Assembly (NCBI GenBank): GCA_951804945.1
Contig: OX638163.1
Location: 44,082,001 to 44,146,000 of the forward strand
Length of the DNA stretch: 64,000 nt
From: Podarcis cretensis
Lineage: Eukaryota
Direction of reading: 5' to 3'
The notes beneath the pieces were generated by a model. It was not told where the DNA came from and did not search any database. It saw only the letters and a list, made by a program, of their open reading frames with translations. Below, one piece after another: positions 12,467 to 24,502 of the stretch. The translations under genes were made by a program, and so were the position numbers. The stretch's first letter is position 1; each line of letters opens with the position of its first letter.

Positions 12467-12982
12467 GATTTCTCTTGCATATGTCATGAAATCCCCACTC
12501 TTAGGCTGTATTCACATTTTCACCTTAGAGTATACTGAAGTCTGTTTTTACCATTGTGCTTCTAACCTCCTTGTTCTTCAACCCCCACCCCCCACCTCAA
12601 CAAGATGTTTACATCACCACAGTTTTCCCATTGCTAATTAGTATCTGATTCATTCTAATATGTGTCCATTTGAGTGGTGGTACTATTTTTACCCCATCCA
12701 TAGTCATTGCATGTTTGCACCATCAGTCTCATCTGTGCCTGCTCAGACTTTTACAGGAAGAGTAGTTGTCTGACCTTCCGACGTATGGCAACCCCAGCAT
12801 GGAAAAGGTGTTAACACCTTAGCTGAATTTTTTATCAGCTGGTGGATTCCACTCTCTGTGAAGCCAGTTTGAGAGAAAAAACATTCCAATTGGTTTTTTC
12901 ATCAAAAAGAAACAGGATACACATGCGTTCCTGAGTACACCATGTGGATTCAGATTAAAAATACAGCATGTTAAATGTGGTT

Positions 12983-13346
12983 AAAGGTAAAGGTAAAGGT
13001 AAAGGTACCCCTGCCCGTACGGGCCAGTCTTGACAGACTCTGGGGTTGTGCGCCCATCTCACTTAAGAGGCCAGGGGCCAGCGCTCTCCGGAGACACTTC
13101 CGGGTCACGTGGCCAGCGTGACATCGCTGCTCTGGCGAGCCAGAGCCGCACACGGAAACGCCGTTTACCTTCCCGCTGGTAAGCGGTCCCTATTTATCTA
13201 CTTGCACCCGGAGGTGCTTTCGAACTGCTAGGTTGGCAGGCGCTGGGACCGAGCAGCGGGAGCGCACCCCGCCGCAGGGATTCGAACCGCCGACCTTGCG
13301 ATCGGCAAGCCCTAGGCGCTGAGGCTTTAACCCACAGCGCCACCTG
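12983..13346 (-). mobile_element. Sauria SINE, young copy
   Basis: (aaggta)4 tail; near-identical to 6299 and 50926; extreme 5' bases eroded; no clear TSD. Confidence 0.95.
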
Positions 13347-14080
13347 TGTACATTAAATCTAAGTGTGCATATATCCTTAATATTCCTAAAACACAGGATA
13401 CCAGGGCACTCTAGGCCCAGGCCGGAATCAGAAGCAGTTTCCATGGACTGCAAGCTGATTTTAGTTAGCCCCTAGAGCAGGCTTGCTAAAATAGAAAGGA
13501 ACACATACACAAAATAATCAGAAGTTCTTGTTTTAGATACTGATGGAAGGGACAATAGGAAAGGCATATGCTGGGACGGAAATAACAAGAGATAACTGCC
13601 TGCATCGCTACTGATTAGCTGAGGTTTGCAAAACAGCATGAATACTTACAATCTAATGCATTCCCTTGTACAAATGAAGCAGATGGCATACTATTTCTGA
13701 TGTGTGTAGAAACAATTATACAGTCTTCCACCCCTTGCAAAAAAACAACAACCCACCACCCATCAATGTCAGTTCAATTGGGTCTAGAACCAGGGGATTT
13801 CTGAATTTTGTTCTATTCCTCCTAAGATTAGAAAGGGAACCATTTAAATAGTTCACATTATCTTTCTAGTTTCCAACATCATTCCAGCATCTCTAGCAGA
13901 CCATTGGTTCCATCAGACCTGACCTGTCAAGGCTCAAAGTCCGTATTAAGACTACAGTTATATATATGCTTACCAAGGGGCATGCATAGGACTGCACTGT
14001 TGAAAAATAATTGCCTTCCACATGGACCATCAACTACGTTTTATGGAGTCTTCCATGTAACACCTGAATATCTCCACATT

Positions 14081-14374
14081 CTGGTCGGTAAACCTGAAGG
14101 AGCGTCTCCACCCCCATTGTTCTGCCCAGACACTGAGGTCCAGCACCGAGGGCCTTCTGGTGGTTCCCTCACTGCAAGAAGTGAGGTTACAGGGAACCTG
14201 GCAGAGGGCCTTCTCGGTAGTGGTACCCACCTTGTGGAATGCCCTCCCATCAGATATCAAGGAAATAAACAACTATCTGACTTTTAGAAGACATATGAAG
14301 ACAGCCCTGTTTAGGGAAGTTTTTAATGTTTGAAGTTTATTCTGTTTTTAATGTTCTGTTGAAAGCTGCCCAGA
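14081..14374 (+). mobile_element. L2 LINE 3' fragment
   Basis: Aligns with 2525-2800 (ctgaggtccagcaccgagggccttctgg..ggcagagggccttctcggtagtgg..ctgtttagggaagtttttaatg). Confidence 0.9.
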
Positions 14375-15918
14375 GTATTACTACTACTACTGCTGCTGCT
14401 ACTACTACTACTACTACAGTAAAAAGCATAATTTTCTGTGATGCTGACCTCCCTGCTCTAGGAGGATGTGCCAAAGTTTGCACTAACAGATTAACTGTTC
14501 AACTTACATTACTGCTTGCATGTGTATCAGAATATATAAATTGCATGCAAATCTGTTTCCTATGCTTCCCTCTTTTTTGGCAATTCATTTTCCTCTTTTT
14601 TAATGGTGTGCAAATGAGCACCCTATTGACTACTCTGCCTGAATACTTTCACATCACTGGTTCCTGACACTTTAGCTAAAGATATCAGGGAATTACTTTG
14701 GGACTATGGGACTACTATGGGACATGACTATGTGTGGCATGTCCCAGTAAGCTATATCCCTTCCCCAAATACTTGCAAACCTTTCACCCAGTCATAGAAT
14801 GCTGACTAGCAAAATTCACTTGGGACAGCTTTGGAGAGCACATCCATTACACCTGTAGTATCCAGGTCAATAAAGTAAATAAATTAAGTGTTGCTCCTCC
14901 TCAGAAATAATTACAACCAACTGTCTACACATTAGTCACTTTCCATGATCTGCTTCTTTGCTGGTTGCTGCAAGACAGCTGGCAGCAGCTGAAAATGTGT
15001 CAGGAAAGTGAAGGCTCCATCTAAGAGGAGCTATCACAGAAAGCTGTCTGTAATTCATGTTGACTTCCTTCGTCTCAGCCTTTGCAAACTTGTTCCATTC
15101 ACACAAGGTTAAATGTCAAGATGCTTCTGGAATCAAAGGCACTTCTGCCTCCCATTGTGCTTCCCCAGGAATGTCCAGGGGTAGAAAACCATCAATGGTC
15201 TGAAACAGCATGCCAAGCATTCATTTTAATTATCTTAACCAAATGAAAATGCACATATAAAGAGACAATGATATTTCTAGAGTATATTTCTTCACTTCAG
15301 GAAAAAAAAATTTTTGACCTTCCTCACATCTACAGAACATAAGGCCTTTGTTGCTGTTGTTGTTTTTGTTGTTGTCTTTATCTTCCCACATTTCTCTTTC
15401 CTTTCAATTTTCTTAGGGATGTACATTGACCACAAGATACTGTTTGGACCTTGATTTGGCACTTCAGGTAACAGACTACTTCAGTTTGAAGTGTGTCATA
15501 GGATGCCTGATTCATCTTGGGGTCCACTCTACTTTGTGAACTGGGGCTTCATTCCCCTTTGCTCCAGTTCACTGTTGGGTGATCAGAAAGAGCAGGAAAC
15601 CTGTGAGACAGCAAAAAACATGTGTGAGACTAGGGGTGCCATCTAGGGAGGAGGCTGCCCCAACTCAATTTTATGCAGTTGCAGCAGGCCCCATTGGGCC
15701 TCCCTATGGCTGCAACAGATCCCATCTGGCCTCATCCTGCCACATGATGTCACGTGATATCAAGTTGGGTGGAACCCAGTGTGTTAGTGCACAACCAAGG
15801 TTATCTATTACTTCAACATCCCTCCCAAAAACACTGGGATTTGAGAAACAGGGTGATCATTTCCTTTGATTGCAGGCCTTTAGCCTGTTTTCATATTATA
15901 AGCCACACTATGATTCTT

Positions 15919-16290
15919 GGATGTGGGTGGCGCTGTGGGTAAAACCTCAGTGCCTAGGACTTGCCGATCGTATGGTCGGCGGTTCGAATCCCTGAGGCGG
16001 GGTGAGCTCCCGTCATTCGGTCCCAGCTCCTGCCCACCTAGCAGTTCGAAAGCACCCCTAAGTGCAAGTAGATAAATAGGTACTGCTTTATAGCGGGGAG
16101 GTAAACGGCGTTTCCATGTGCTGCGCTGGTGCTGGCTCGCCAGAGCAGCTTCGTCACGCTGGCCACCGGAAGTGTCTTCGGACAGCGCTGGCTCCTGGCC
16201 TCTTAAGCGAGATGAGCACGCAACCCCAGAGTCAGTCACGACTGGCCCGTACGGGCAGGGGTACCTTTACCTTTACCTTTACCTTTACCT
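15919..16290 (+). mobile_element. Sauria SINE
   Basis: Head, B-box ggttcgaatcc, (acctttt-like) tail of 5 units; TSD tatgattctt(gga) at 15909 and 16291. Confidence 0.95.
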
Positions 16291-16571
16291 TATGATTCTT
16301 GGAAGATGGGCGATATATAAATCTAATAAATGAATGGATGGATGAAGAAATAACAACACCATCTCTTCAATCTTGCCGGAAGATATTATGTTTGCTACAG
16401 CTGGAAGTGTAGTTTTTCCCTATAATATATTCTATTATTCCCAATTCTTCCTTTGTCTTAAAATGCAGGGAGACTTTGAATCACCAGAAGTGACTCATCA
16501 GAAGATGAATCAAGGTTTCTGTTCATTGGTGTGTTTATAATTTAGATCATCAGACAAATTTTCAAGGAAGA

Positions 16572-16573
<2 letters not shown>

Positions 16574-16625
<52 letters not shown>

Positions 16626-16649
16626 CACACACACACACACACACACACA
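16574..16649. repeat. Compound microsatellite (CT)n(CA)n
   Basis: Direct; similar compound repeats at 21091-21151 and 42222-42282. Confidence 0.95.
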
Positions 16650-17559
16650 TGAAATAGGTTTGTGAGCAGAGCATCTGGAAGACTGTGGGCCAGGGAATGA
16701 GCTTCTTCTCATTGGTAAACAAAGGAGATTAACAGCAGTAATTAAATTAATGTTTTAATTAGAAAAGCAACAATCTTGAATTTCATGTGGACTACATACA
16801 TTTGATTAAGAAAAAGCACTGGGCACCACCCAAACTTAATAAGGCACTTTGCATCATGATCTATGCTTACTCAGAACTAAATCCTACTGATTTTGTTGAG
16901 ATTTACTCCTAGGTAAATGACCAAAGCACTGCAAGCCTCAACAATACAGTCCTAAGCAGGCCCTAAATCCCAGTGTGTTAAAGGAAAAGTGCATAAGATT
17001 GCAACCTTAAGTCTCACTGATTTTAAAGGAAAAGTTTTCCAGCACAACTATATGTATGGAAGGGGGAGAAATGCAATTTTATTTTTATTTTAATGAGAAA
17101 CTATTTGCTTCACACTTTTCAAACCAATACAAAACAACTCTCCTAAATTCACACTTTTTTTTTAATTGGATGCAGTTCTCTATCCAGTAGTTAGAAGAAG
17201 ACATATTAAGGGAAGGTGTGCATACAAGGAATATATTAATGAAAGTAAAATACAAAATGCATTATCAAGGAAAGTTCATGCAGAAATGTGTACATTCATC
17301 AAATGCATAGAAAAATGCTTGTTAGAATAAATTTGCACTAAAATGCTGAAAGATTTTTGTGAAGATTACTATTACTACTATTATTATTCTAATGCTAATT
17401 GTTGTGAACATGAAGAATCTAGTCCGATTGTATAAATATGCTTGCTCCCAGGTAAGTGTGTTTTGTGGAATTTAGTGGTTGGCTAGCAATAGTTTTCAGC
17501 TTACTAGCACAAGCCTTCTTCATCTAGCTCCACCCCTATAATGATCTCTGGCAGGTGAG

Positions 17560-18040
17560 CAGCCTGATAAGCAGCAAAGACTCTCCGTCAGTTTCATACA
17601 AGTTTTTTTTGAAAGAAAAACACATTCAGAGCATGGTGTTCTGCCTGCTCTCATTAATCTTAGTTGCTCAGTCTGACTCATCATCCCTCCCCCAACAGGA
17701 AGAAAGCCAAAATCCCACCTTTCGTCTCCTTCCCTTCCGTTGCTCTCTGACCTTCTCCAATCTCCTCGTTTGAAGACTGCTGGGCTGGCCTAGCTCTTCC
17801 CCAGAAGACTCAGCCTCCAATACTGGCTTATCTGCTGGTTGCCTGGCAAGGCTTTGGCCGACTTCCAATTCTTCCTCTCCTTGGGAGCTAACAGCTTCTT
17901 CCTTGGAAAGGAGGGGCACCAGGCTGTTCTCTCTAAAATCAGACAGACAGTTCTCATCTACAGAGTCAACCACTTGCACACTCAGCTCACTTTCTGAAAC
18001 TGACTCTTCCTTTGCATTGTGGGGGGCCACGCTCCCGACA
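17560..18040 (-). mobile_element. Probable solo LTR-like element (Gypsy-type) containing an open 120-codon ORF
   Basis: Minus strand starts TGTCGGGAG at 18040; purine-rich body; ORF 17668-18030; left boundary uncertain (17464-17566) and no TSD found. Confidence 0.45.
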
Positions 18041-18196
18041 ACTCCTGTGGCTCAAATGCAATCCTGTCTAAGGAATGGAGCTAAGGATGAATATGTGTCT
18101 TTCTTAGATACGTCCTGCTCACTATCAGCTTGCTTGCTGATCTGATTAACTAAGGGAACATCTAAGTTAACTGTAGATTGCATTTGCCTCATCCCA

Positions 18197-18370
18197 TAGG
18201 AACCTGCCTTATGCTGAGTGAGACCATTTGTCCATCCAACATTCTATTGTCTACCACAACTTGCAATGGTTCTCCAGGGTTCCACACAGGGTTCTTTCGC
18301 AGTCCTACCTGCAGATGCCAGGGATTGAAACAGACCTTCTGAATGCATAGCAGATGCTCTGCAACTGAGC
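18197..18370 (-). mobile_element. Squam2-like SINE
   Basis: ataggaacctgccttatgctgagtgagacc..gatgccagggattgaa..gaccttctgaatgca..gatgctctgcaactgagc. Confidence 0.7.
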
Positions 18371-19657
18371 ATCTCGAGGACTACTGGCAGGTGTGTACAA
18401 GTGCACATATATCTCTCTCATGCGAATTAATTTTCATCCTCACTGGTGAAGTGAAGCATTTGAGAATGCATTTAAGGTATAAAATGACGTTACGTATGCT
18501 GTCTGAGACAGAACAACCATAACTTTTAGTAGAGGCACTGTAGGTCAATGAGCAAGGGTGTTTGGTTGATGGTTTCCTCAATACATGCTGGTGGCTGGGG
18601 ATGCAACAGAAGTAATTTCTGGAGAAGGTGAGGCATTCTCTAGCACAGCCCCCAGCTTAGGGAACAACTGAATATCTCTGTGTAAAGAAAGAGCAGTATT
18701 GGAAGGACAAAGACAGAGAAAGCCAGCTCTGCTCTGATGGAATTTGGGGTATAGCTCTCTCTCTCTGATTCAACCTTATATTTATGCCTCTTCTTCCTTT
18801 TGTGATAAGACCCAAGACAACATACAGGAGGTTTGCAAGCAGTCACCCATCCAGGCAAAGACCTGCTTAGCTTCGGTAAGGTGTTGGCCTCATGATTATC
18901 ATGCTTATTTATGTAGTTATTTCTACCCCGCCTTTTTTCCTGGTGGGACTCAGGACAACTGACAGGTAAAAATAATGTGTATCGGGACTGCCCATGCTCT
19001 GCTTCCATATCTTTAAATAAATCATACATCTTAAAACACCACAAGTTTCCTCCCATGGGAAATCAACTCTGGTGAGAATTGCCTTTTCAGCTTCTCGCCA
19101 CTATGGGAAGCGAGAGTATGCAACCATGTTGTTTGACAATTTTGGAAGAGATGGGCCCAAACTCAGAGAAGGCTGAAATGCAGTCAGCTGCCATGAGTTT
19201 GGAATTCTCTACCTCTTTTCTTTTGTTGCAAGGTTTTGAGAGAGCTAAAGAATTAATACTCCAAAGGCTTAGGGACGTTGAGATGCAATCACAAGCTGCT
19301 AAAATCGAGACGTGTCAATCTAATAATCTGTATTCTTCCTTTATTCCATTGAATTTATCCCTTCCAAGATTTCTGGTAGAACTACCAAGCACTAAAAAGA
19401 GGGTAGCCTTCACACAGGCAAGATTAAATGTCTTTCCACTAGCCGATTGCATGGCTGGCAAAAAGGAATTCCTAAAAAGGTTCAAGTTTGTGGTTGCAAC
19501 CCCATATCAATAGAAGATACGAGTCATGTGCTCATTGAATGCCCTTTTTATAATGATCTTAGAAATAACTGTATTCATCCATTGTTAAGATTGCAGAAGA
19601 CTTGAAAAGACTTGTTTTTTGCTGTCTGATGTAGAGAAGTCTATACGCTTCAGAATA

Positions 19658-19873
19658 CAGTCGTACCTTGGAAATCAAACGGAATCTGTTCGGGAAATCC
19701 GTTTGACTTCCAAAATGTTCGGGAACCAAGGCACAGCTTCTGATTGGCTGCAGGCAGCTCTTGCAGTGAATCGGAAGCTGTGGAAGCCGCAATGGATGTT
19801 CGGGTTCCAAAGAACATTCGCAAACCAGAACATTCAGGAGCCAAAACATTTGTCTCACAAGGCGTTTGACTTG
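19658..19873. mobile_element. Tc1/mariner (Tigger-like) MITE
   Basis: TA-flanked, cagtcgtaccttg...caaggcgtttgacttg termini; sister copy at 35735. Confidence 0.8.
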
Positions 19874-19948
19874 TATATAGGGGGGTATGGAAAGGGGTAT
19901 GGGAAATGATTTATCCTTTAAAGGTTAAGGAGCAGAAATGTAAATCTC

Positions 19949-19950
<2 letters not shown>

Positions 19951-19991
<41 letters not shown>
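19951..19991. repeat. (TTA)n microsatellite
   Basis: Direct. Confidence 0.95.
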
Positions 19992-20068
19992 TTCATCTTC
20001 ATCTGTATAATGGCTGTCTGCTAAAACACAATAGAACTGATTGACGTGACTTGTTTGGTTGTTATAAA

Positions 20069-20193
20069 GCAGAGATGGGTAACCTTTGGCCCTTCACCTC
20101 CCAGCAGCCCCAGCACCCAGCATGAACAATGGTGTAGGAGGATGAGAGCTATAGCCCAGTAACACCTGCAGAACCATATGTTCCCTGACCCTG
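20069..20193. mobile_element. Short palindromic hAT-type MITE (~125 bp), degenerate
   Basis: cagagatgggtaacctttggccc...gttccctgaccctg; family copies at ~39363, 43797-43935, 44640-44750, 53465-53600, 62873-62990. Confidence 0.55.
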
Positions 20194-21089
20194 TTGTGGT
20201 GAGTACAGGAGCTGAAACAAATCCAGTGCATCCTATGTGGCCCTCGTTTACAGAATGTTCTTTTATGAGCAGGCAATGCTCTGTGTGGTTAATGCTGATG
20301 AAACAGTAAAGCTACTGTCTTAACGAGCCGTTCTTTATAGAGCAGCAATTATAAAAAATATTAGGAGAAATAACTCCTTCTACAGTATTATCTGCTCCCT
20401 GGACAGTAAGTAATTGTCTCATATCAAAGGATTTTTGCCCTATTATATGCTTCAGTAATTAAATCTGTTTTATAGCATTTTCCAAATCTTTGCATTGAAC
20501 TAGGACATTTTACCTGACACGAATCCCTGATCATTTTTTTTAAAACTTAAACATATGTGCTGTTTCATTATGCAAAATGCTTATGAATTGCATGCCTGAA
20601 GGGGTAGCAGCTTTGAGAGCCAAACCATGCTTGAAGCTCATAGGTCAAAATCAGCTCTTAGCTGTGCCTGTATTGAAATGGAGCTCTTCTTTGACATGCC
20701 GTGAGCCCTTTAAAGAGCCGGGAGTAAAGATAACAAAGCAATATTCCAGTGGAAGATTTGGTTAATTCTTTGACACATTTTCCACAAGCACCTGCCTGGA
20801 ACTCGCAAACTGTCGGTACATTATGATATTCCAACAAGGCTCTTCTCTGAGATTCCTCTGTGGGAAAGGTTCATTTCTAATGCATCCATTAAGAGGAGGG
20901 CCTTCTCAATTTTTGAATATCCTTCAAAAGGAAGCCATATGGCCGAAACTTGAAATATTTTCAGCACCAGGTTAAGACATTTAAATTAGTCCAGGCTTTT
21001 TCTCCCCCCCCCCTTTTAAAACCCCCCTGCTAATTCTGGTTTCTCATTTCCCCCTACTCTTAATTTCAATTTGCACCATTGCTCTATCA

Positions 21090-21156
<67 letters not shown>

Positions 21157-21490
21157 AAACATGTGTATGCATTTTCATGAAAATTTGTGTTGCAATTTCC
21201 TCTAATATGTTCCTTACACTAGTATATAAATTCTTGTGCATGCATTTCCTTAATACATTAATGTATTAAGGAATGCATTTCCTTGTACATACATTTTGGT
21301 TCATGAGATTCACCACAAAACTCAGATGAATGCAATTGTCAAAGAATAATTGTAGTGCATTGGTTTGGAAAGTGTGAACTGGGTACACCCCTCCACATTC
21401 CTATTTGTTTTTATTATTGTTGTTTATTTTAAGATTGCATCATTGTTCATAGTGGGATAATGGGGTAGTTTATAAAACATTTAAATTTAA

Positions 21491-21523
<33 letters not shown>

Positions 21524-21559
21524 ATGAAAGCAGCCCTCGTGTGTTCTGTTCAGGATGAA

Positions 21560-22040
21560 TGGATCCCACTATATTCTGCCTTGGTCAGACCTTACCTGGA
21601 GTACTATGTCCAGTTCTAGGCATCACAATTGAAGAAGGATATTGATAAGTTGGAACATGTGTAGAGGAGGGTGAACAAGATGATCAAGGATCTGGATACC
21701 AAGTCTTTTAATTAAGGGTTGAGGGAGGGAGCTGGTTATGTTTAGGCTGGAGAAGAAGAGACTGAGAGGAGATATGATGGCCATCTTCCCATATCTAAAG
21801 AATTATCACATGGAAGACAGAGTAAGCTTGTTTCCTCCTGCTCAAACCAATGGCTTCAAGTTACAAGAAATGTGATTCCAACTAAACATCAGGAAGAACT
21901 GTTCAACAGTGGTGGTGGACTCTCTTTCCTTGGAATTTTGAAGCAGAGGTTGGATGGCCATGGGTGCTTCCAGCATCACATGGGGTTGGGCTAGATGGCC
22001 TTCAGGGCCCCTTCCAACTCTACAACTCTATGATTGTATG
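21560..22040 (+). mobile_element. CR1 LINE 3' fragment
   Basis: LYSALVRPYLEYYVQF*ASQLKKDIDKLEHV*RR..KMIK, LEKKRLRGDM; ends ccttccaactctacaactctatgattgtatga (CR1 ATTCTRTG-type tail). Confidence 0.92.
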
Positions 22041-22529
22041 AGGATGTTCAGATAAAGAGGCACCAATCTGATAATCAAATTCACAGACAAAGAGATGAAA
22101 CTGTCTGACACCGACCCCAGACTATTGGTTCATCTGACCCAGTCAAATCTAGTCTGCTAGGCAACCCAAAATCTCAAGCACTGGTACTCCCCCCAATTTC
22201 TCCACCTTCCAGCATAATAAATTCCATCCATTTCCTAAGTAAGTTGGAAGCATTAAAATAACAAATTTGATTGAAGTGTTGATATTTTAACAGAGATGTT
22301 ACTTGATCCAATGCCCAGCATAATATGGTTTGTGGCAGCCACGTTCCTGCCATGTTGGGTCCTGGGCTACCTGGGAAAGGGAGATATGGCCACAACAGAG
22401 TGTCCCCTTATCTTGTATCCATCCCCATCCCCTTTTCTAGATTGAGATGCTCACCACCACCATATAAGATATTAATCATTTACCAGGTTGCCTCTTATCA
22501 AACAACCTCTGATATTCCAAACCATGCAG

Positions 22530-22885
22530 CGCAGTCCTATGGATGTATAGCCAGAATTAAGTCCCATAATTTCAATGCAGTTTAGATAAATGTGCAGGGA
22601 GTTACGGACTTAGGTTGCAACCCTACATATATTTACTAAGTGAGGCTTATTTCTGAGCAAACATATTTTGGACTTCACATGTAGGCTGCCACTCTATACC
22701 AACCTACTTACTAGGGTGTAAGCCCCACTGATCACAGAGTCCTTACTCCTGAGTAAATGTTCATTATTTGCACATTACATAAATTCCTAGTAGACCAACA
22801 CAAACCTATGAATGTCTTCTAAGATGTAAATATCAATGAATTCAATGAGATTTACTCCCAGGTAAGTGTGGTAAATAGGCAATCC
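22530..22885. repeat. Cluster of short degenerate palindromic repeats (gcaatccta..agtaagtccca..acttactcc..aggattgc family)
   Basis: About 4 adjacent units; further cluster at ~16850-17025. Confidence 0.5.
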
Positions 22886-23689
22886 ATGTATCGGTTCTTT
22901 ATTTTGGCCATTTTCCATTTTTTTAAAAAACCCTCCTGAGCAAGTTGTTGCTTTAACAACCACTTGTTTGAATACATGTGTTGTTTGGACATGTATATCT
23001 CCATATGTTTGCAGTGCAAATGACATGAAACCCACCAGCTTTAATAAATAAAAATAAATATTTACTAAGAGCTATCATAGTGGCAAGCCTCTCTCAGGAA
23101 CAAATAATCCACAAAGTCCACATTTCAATTCCACTCAGGCATCTATCTGAGAATCCAAACTTCCTTTTGAAGTCAAATTTTTAATTGGATTTGCTGCTAC
23201 AAATGCACCCAAAGTATCCAACATTATTTACTCTGATCATGTTCAGAGTCCCCAAGCCCTCCATCAGCTTAGTCAAAGTTTCTCTTGACCAACAAAGTGT
23301 GTCTTTATTTATTAGATCTCATAGCTCATCCTTTGCACTGTTAAATAGGGACTTTTGCAGTGGCTTGGAAATGTTCTGAGTTAACTCTTTGTCTTTCATC
23401 AGTCCCTTGCAACAAAAACACTTTAGCCTAGTTAACTCTCCCCTGGCACACATTTATAACATGTGTAGCGCTCACAGAATCAATGGGATAATATTTTATT
23501 TGCAATGTTTAAGCAAAAATGTCTGACGGGAAGTTTCAAACACTTCCCATCCAACAAAAATGTTCCATCAGTGCAAGGACTTCCTCTTGTGAAACAGAAC
23601 TTCCCATACATGTATATATTTGCTCAAAGCTTTTGTCCAAAGCTTTTATATTAATTAGCAAATCCTTAATACTTTGGTCCAAGTACTTT

Positions 23690-23870
23690 AAGGACCACCT
23701 GATTCCTTATGCTCCACCTCAGTCACCAGTATATTATACTATGACACTTGTGGTGGTATTCCACATTCGTAAAATTTCATTGGTCTTTATCAGGGTCAGA
23801 GCCTTTGGGGCAGCAGGCCTTGTCCTGTAGAACTCCTTGCCAATAGAAGTCTGACAGATGTCATTCCTGT
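23690..23870 (+). mobile_element. Old L2 3' fragment
   Basis: tactttaaggaccacctgattccttat..cagagcctttggggcagcaggcct..gaactccttgcc. Confidence 0.5.
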
Positions 23871-24349
23871 CTTCTTCTATGCATTTTTTTAAAAGTACTG
23901 TTCAGACAGAAATTCAAAATGTCATTTATTTATTTTTTACCAATAGGTTTTAATTGATGTTATCATACGCATATCCATTTATGCAAGGCAAATGCTTACC
24001 AATACTATGTTATTTTCACCAATGTTACAATGTTATTTTCACTAATTTATGCAATTTTATGCACACTTTATGCTAGTGTAGGCACTTTTGTGCACATTAC
24101 TTGGCTGCAGAACTGCACTGCAAAATTCAGACAAGTGCAAATTTCAAATGATGCCTGCTGTGGTTCACATATTGTTTCAGGAGGTGCAGATTAGGTAGGC
24201 TCACCTTTTAATGAGAACTGAATCAAATTTCTCCCTTGTCCCTACCTTTAACTGCAAACCAAGCCAACCTCTCCCCCCAAAAAACCCCTAAAAGCCATTT
24301 AGTCAATAGGATTCTCATATTCATACAGAAAATCCGTCATGGTGTCCCA

Positions 24350-24502
24350 TTGTGCCAGAAGCAGTTTAGTCCTGCTGGCCACATGACCTGGGAAGCTGTC
24401 TGTGGACAAACACTGGCTCCCTTGGCCTGAAAACTGAGATGACTGCCACACCCCATAGTTGCCGTTGACTGGCCTTAACCGTCCAGGGGTCCTTTACCTT
24501 TT
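24350..24502 (+). mobile_element. 5'-truncated Sauria SINE
   Basis: gccagaagcagtttagtcctgctggccacatgacc..aggggtcctttacctttt. Confidence 0.85.

Larger units (their letters stand above)
19079..20045 (+). mobile_element. RTE-X-like LINE 3' fragment interrupted by a Tc1/mariner MITE
   Basis: Peptides RVAFTQARLNVFP and IEDTSHVLIECPFYNDLR (C-terminal CCHC-type region of non-LTR ORF2); boundaries approximate. Confidence 0.65.

Noticed and set aside
20285-20325. Hammerhead ribozyme (CTGATGA followed by an acagt/actgt stem)
   Set aside because: The obligatory GAAA after stem II and a stem III/cleavage triplet are absent.
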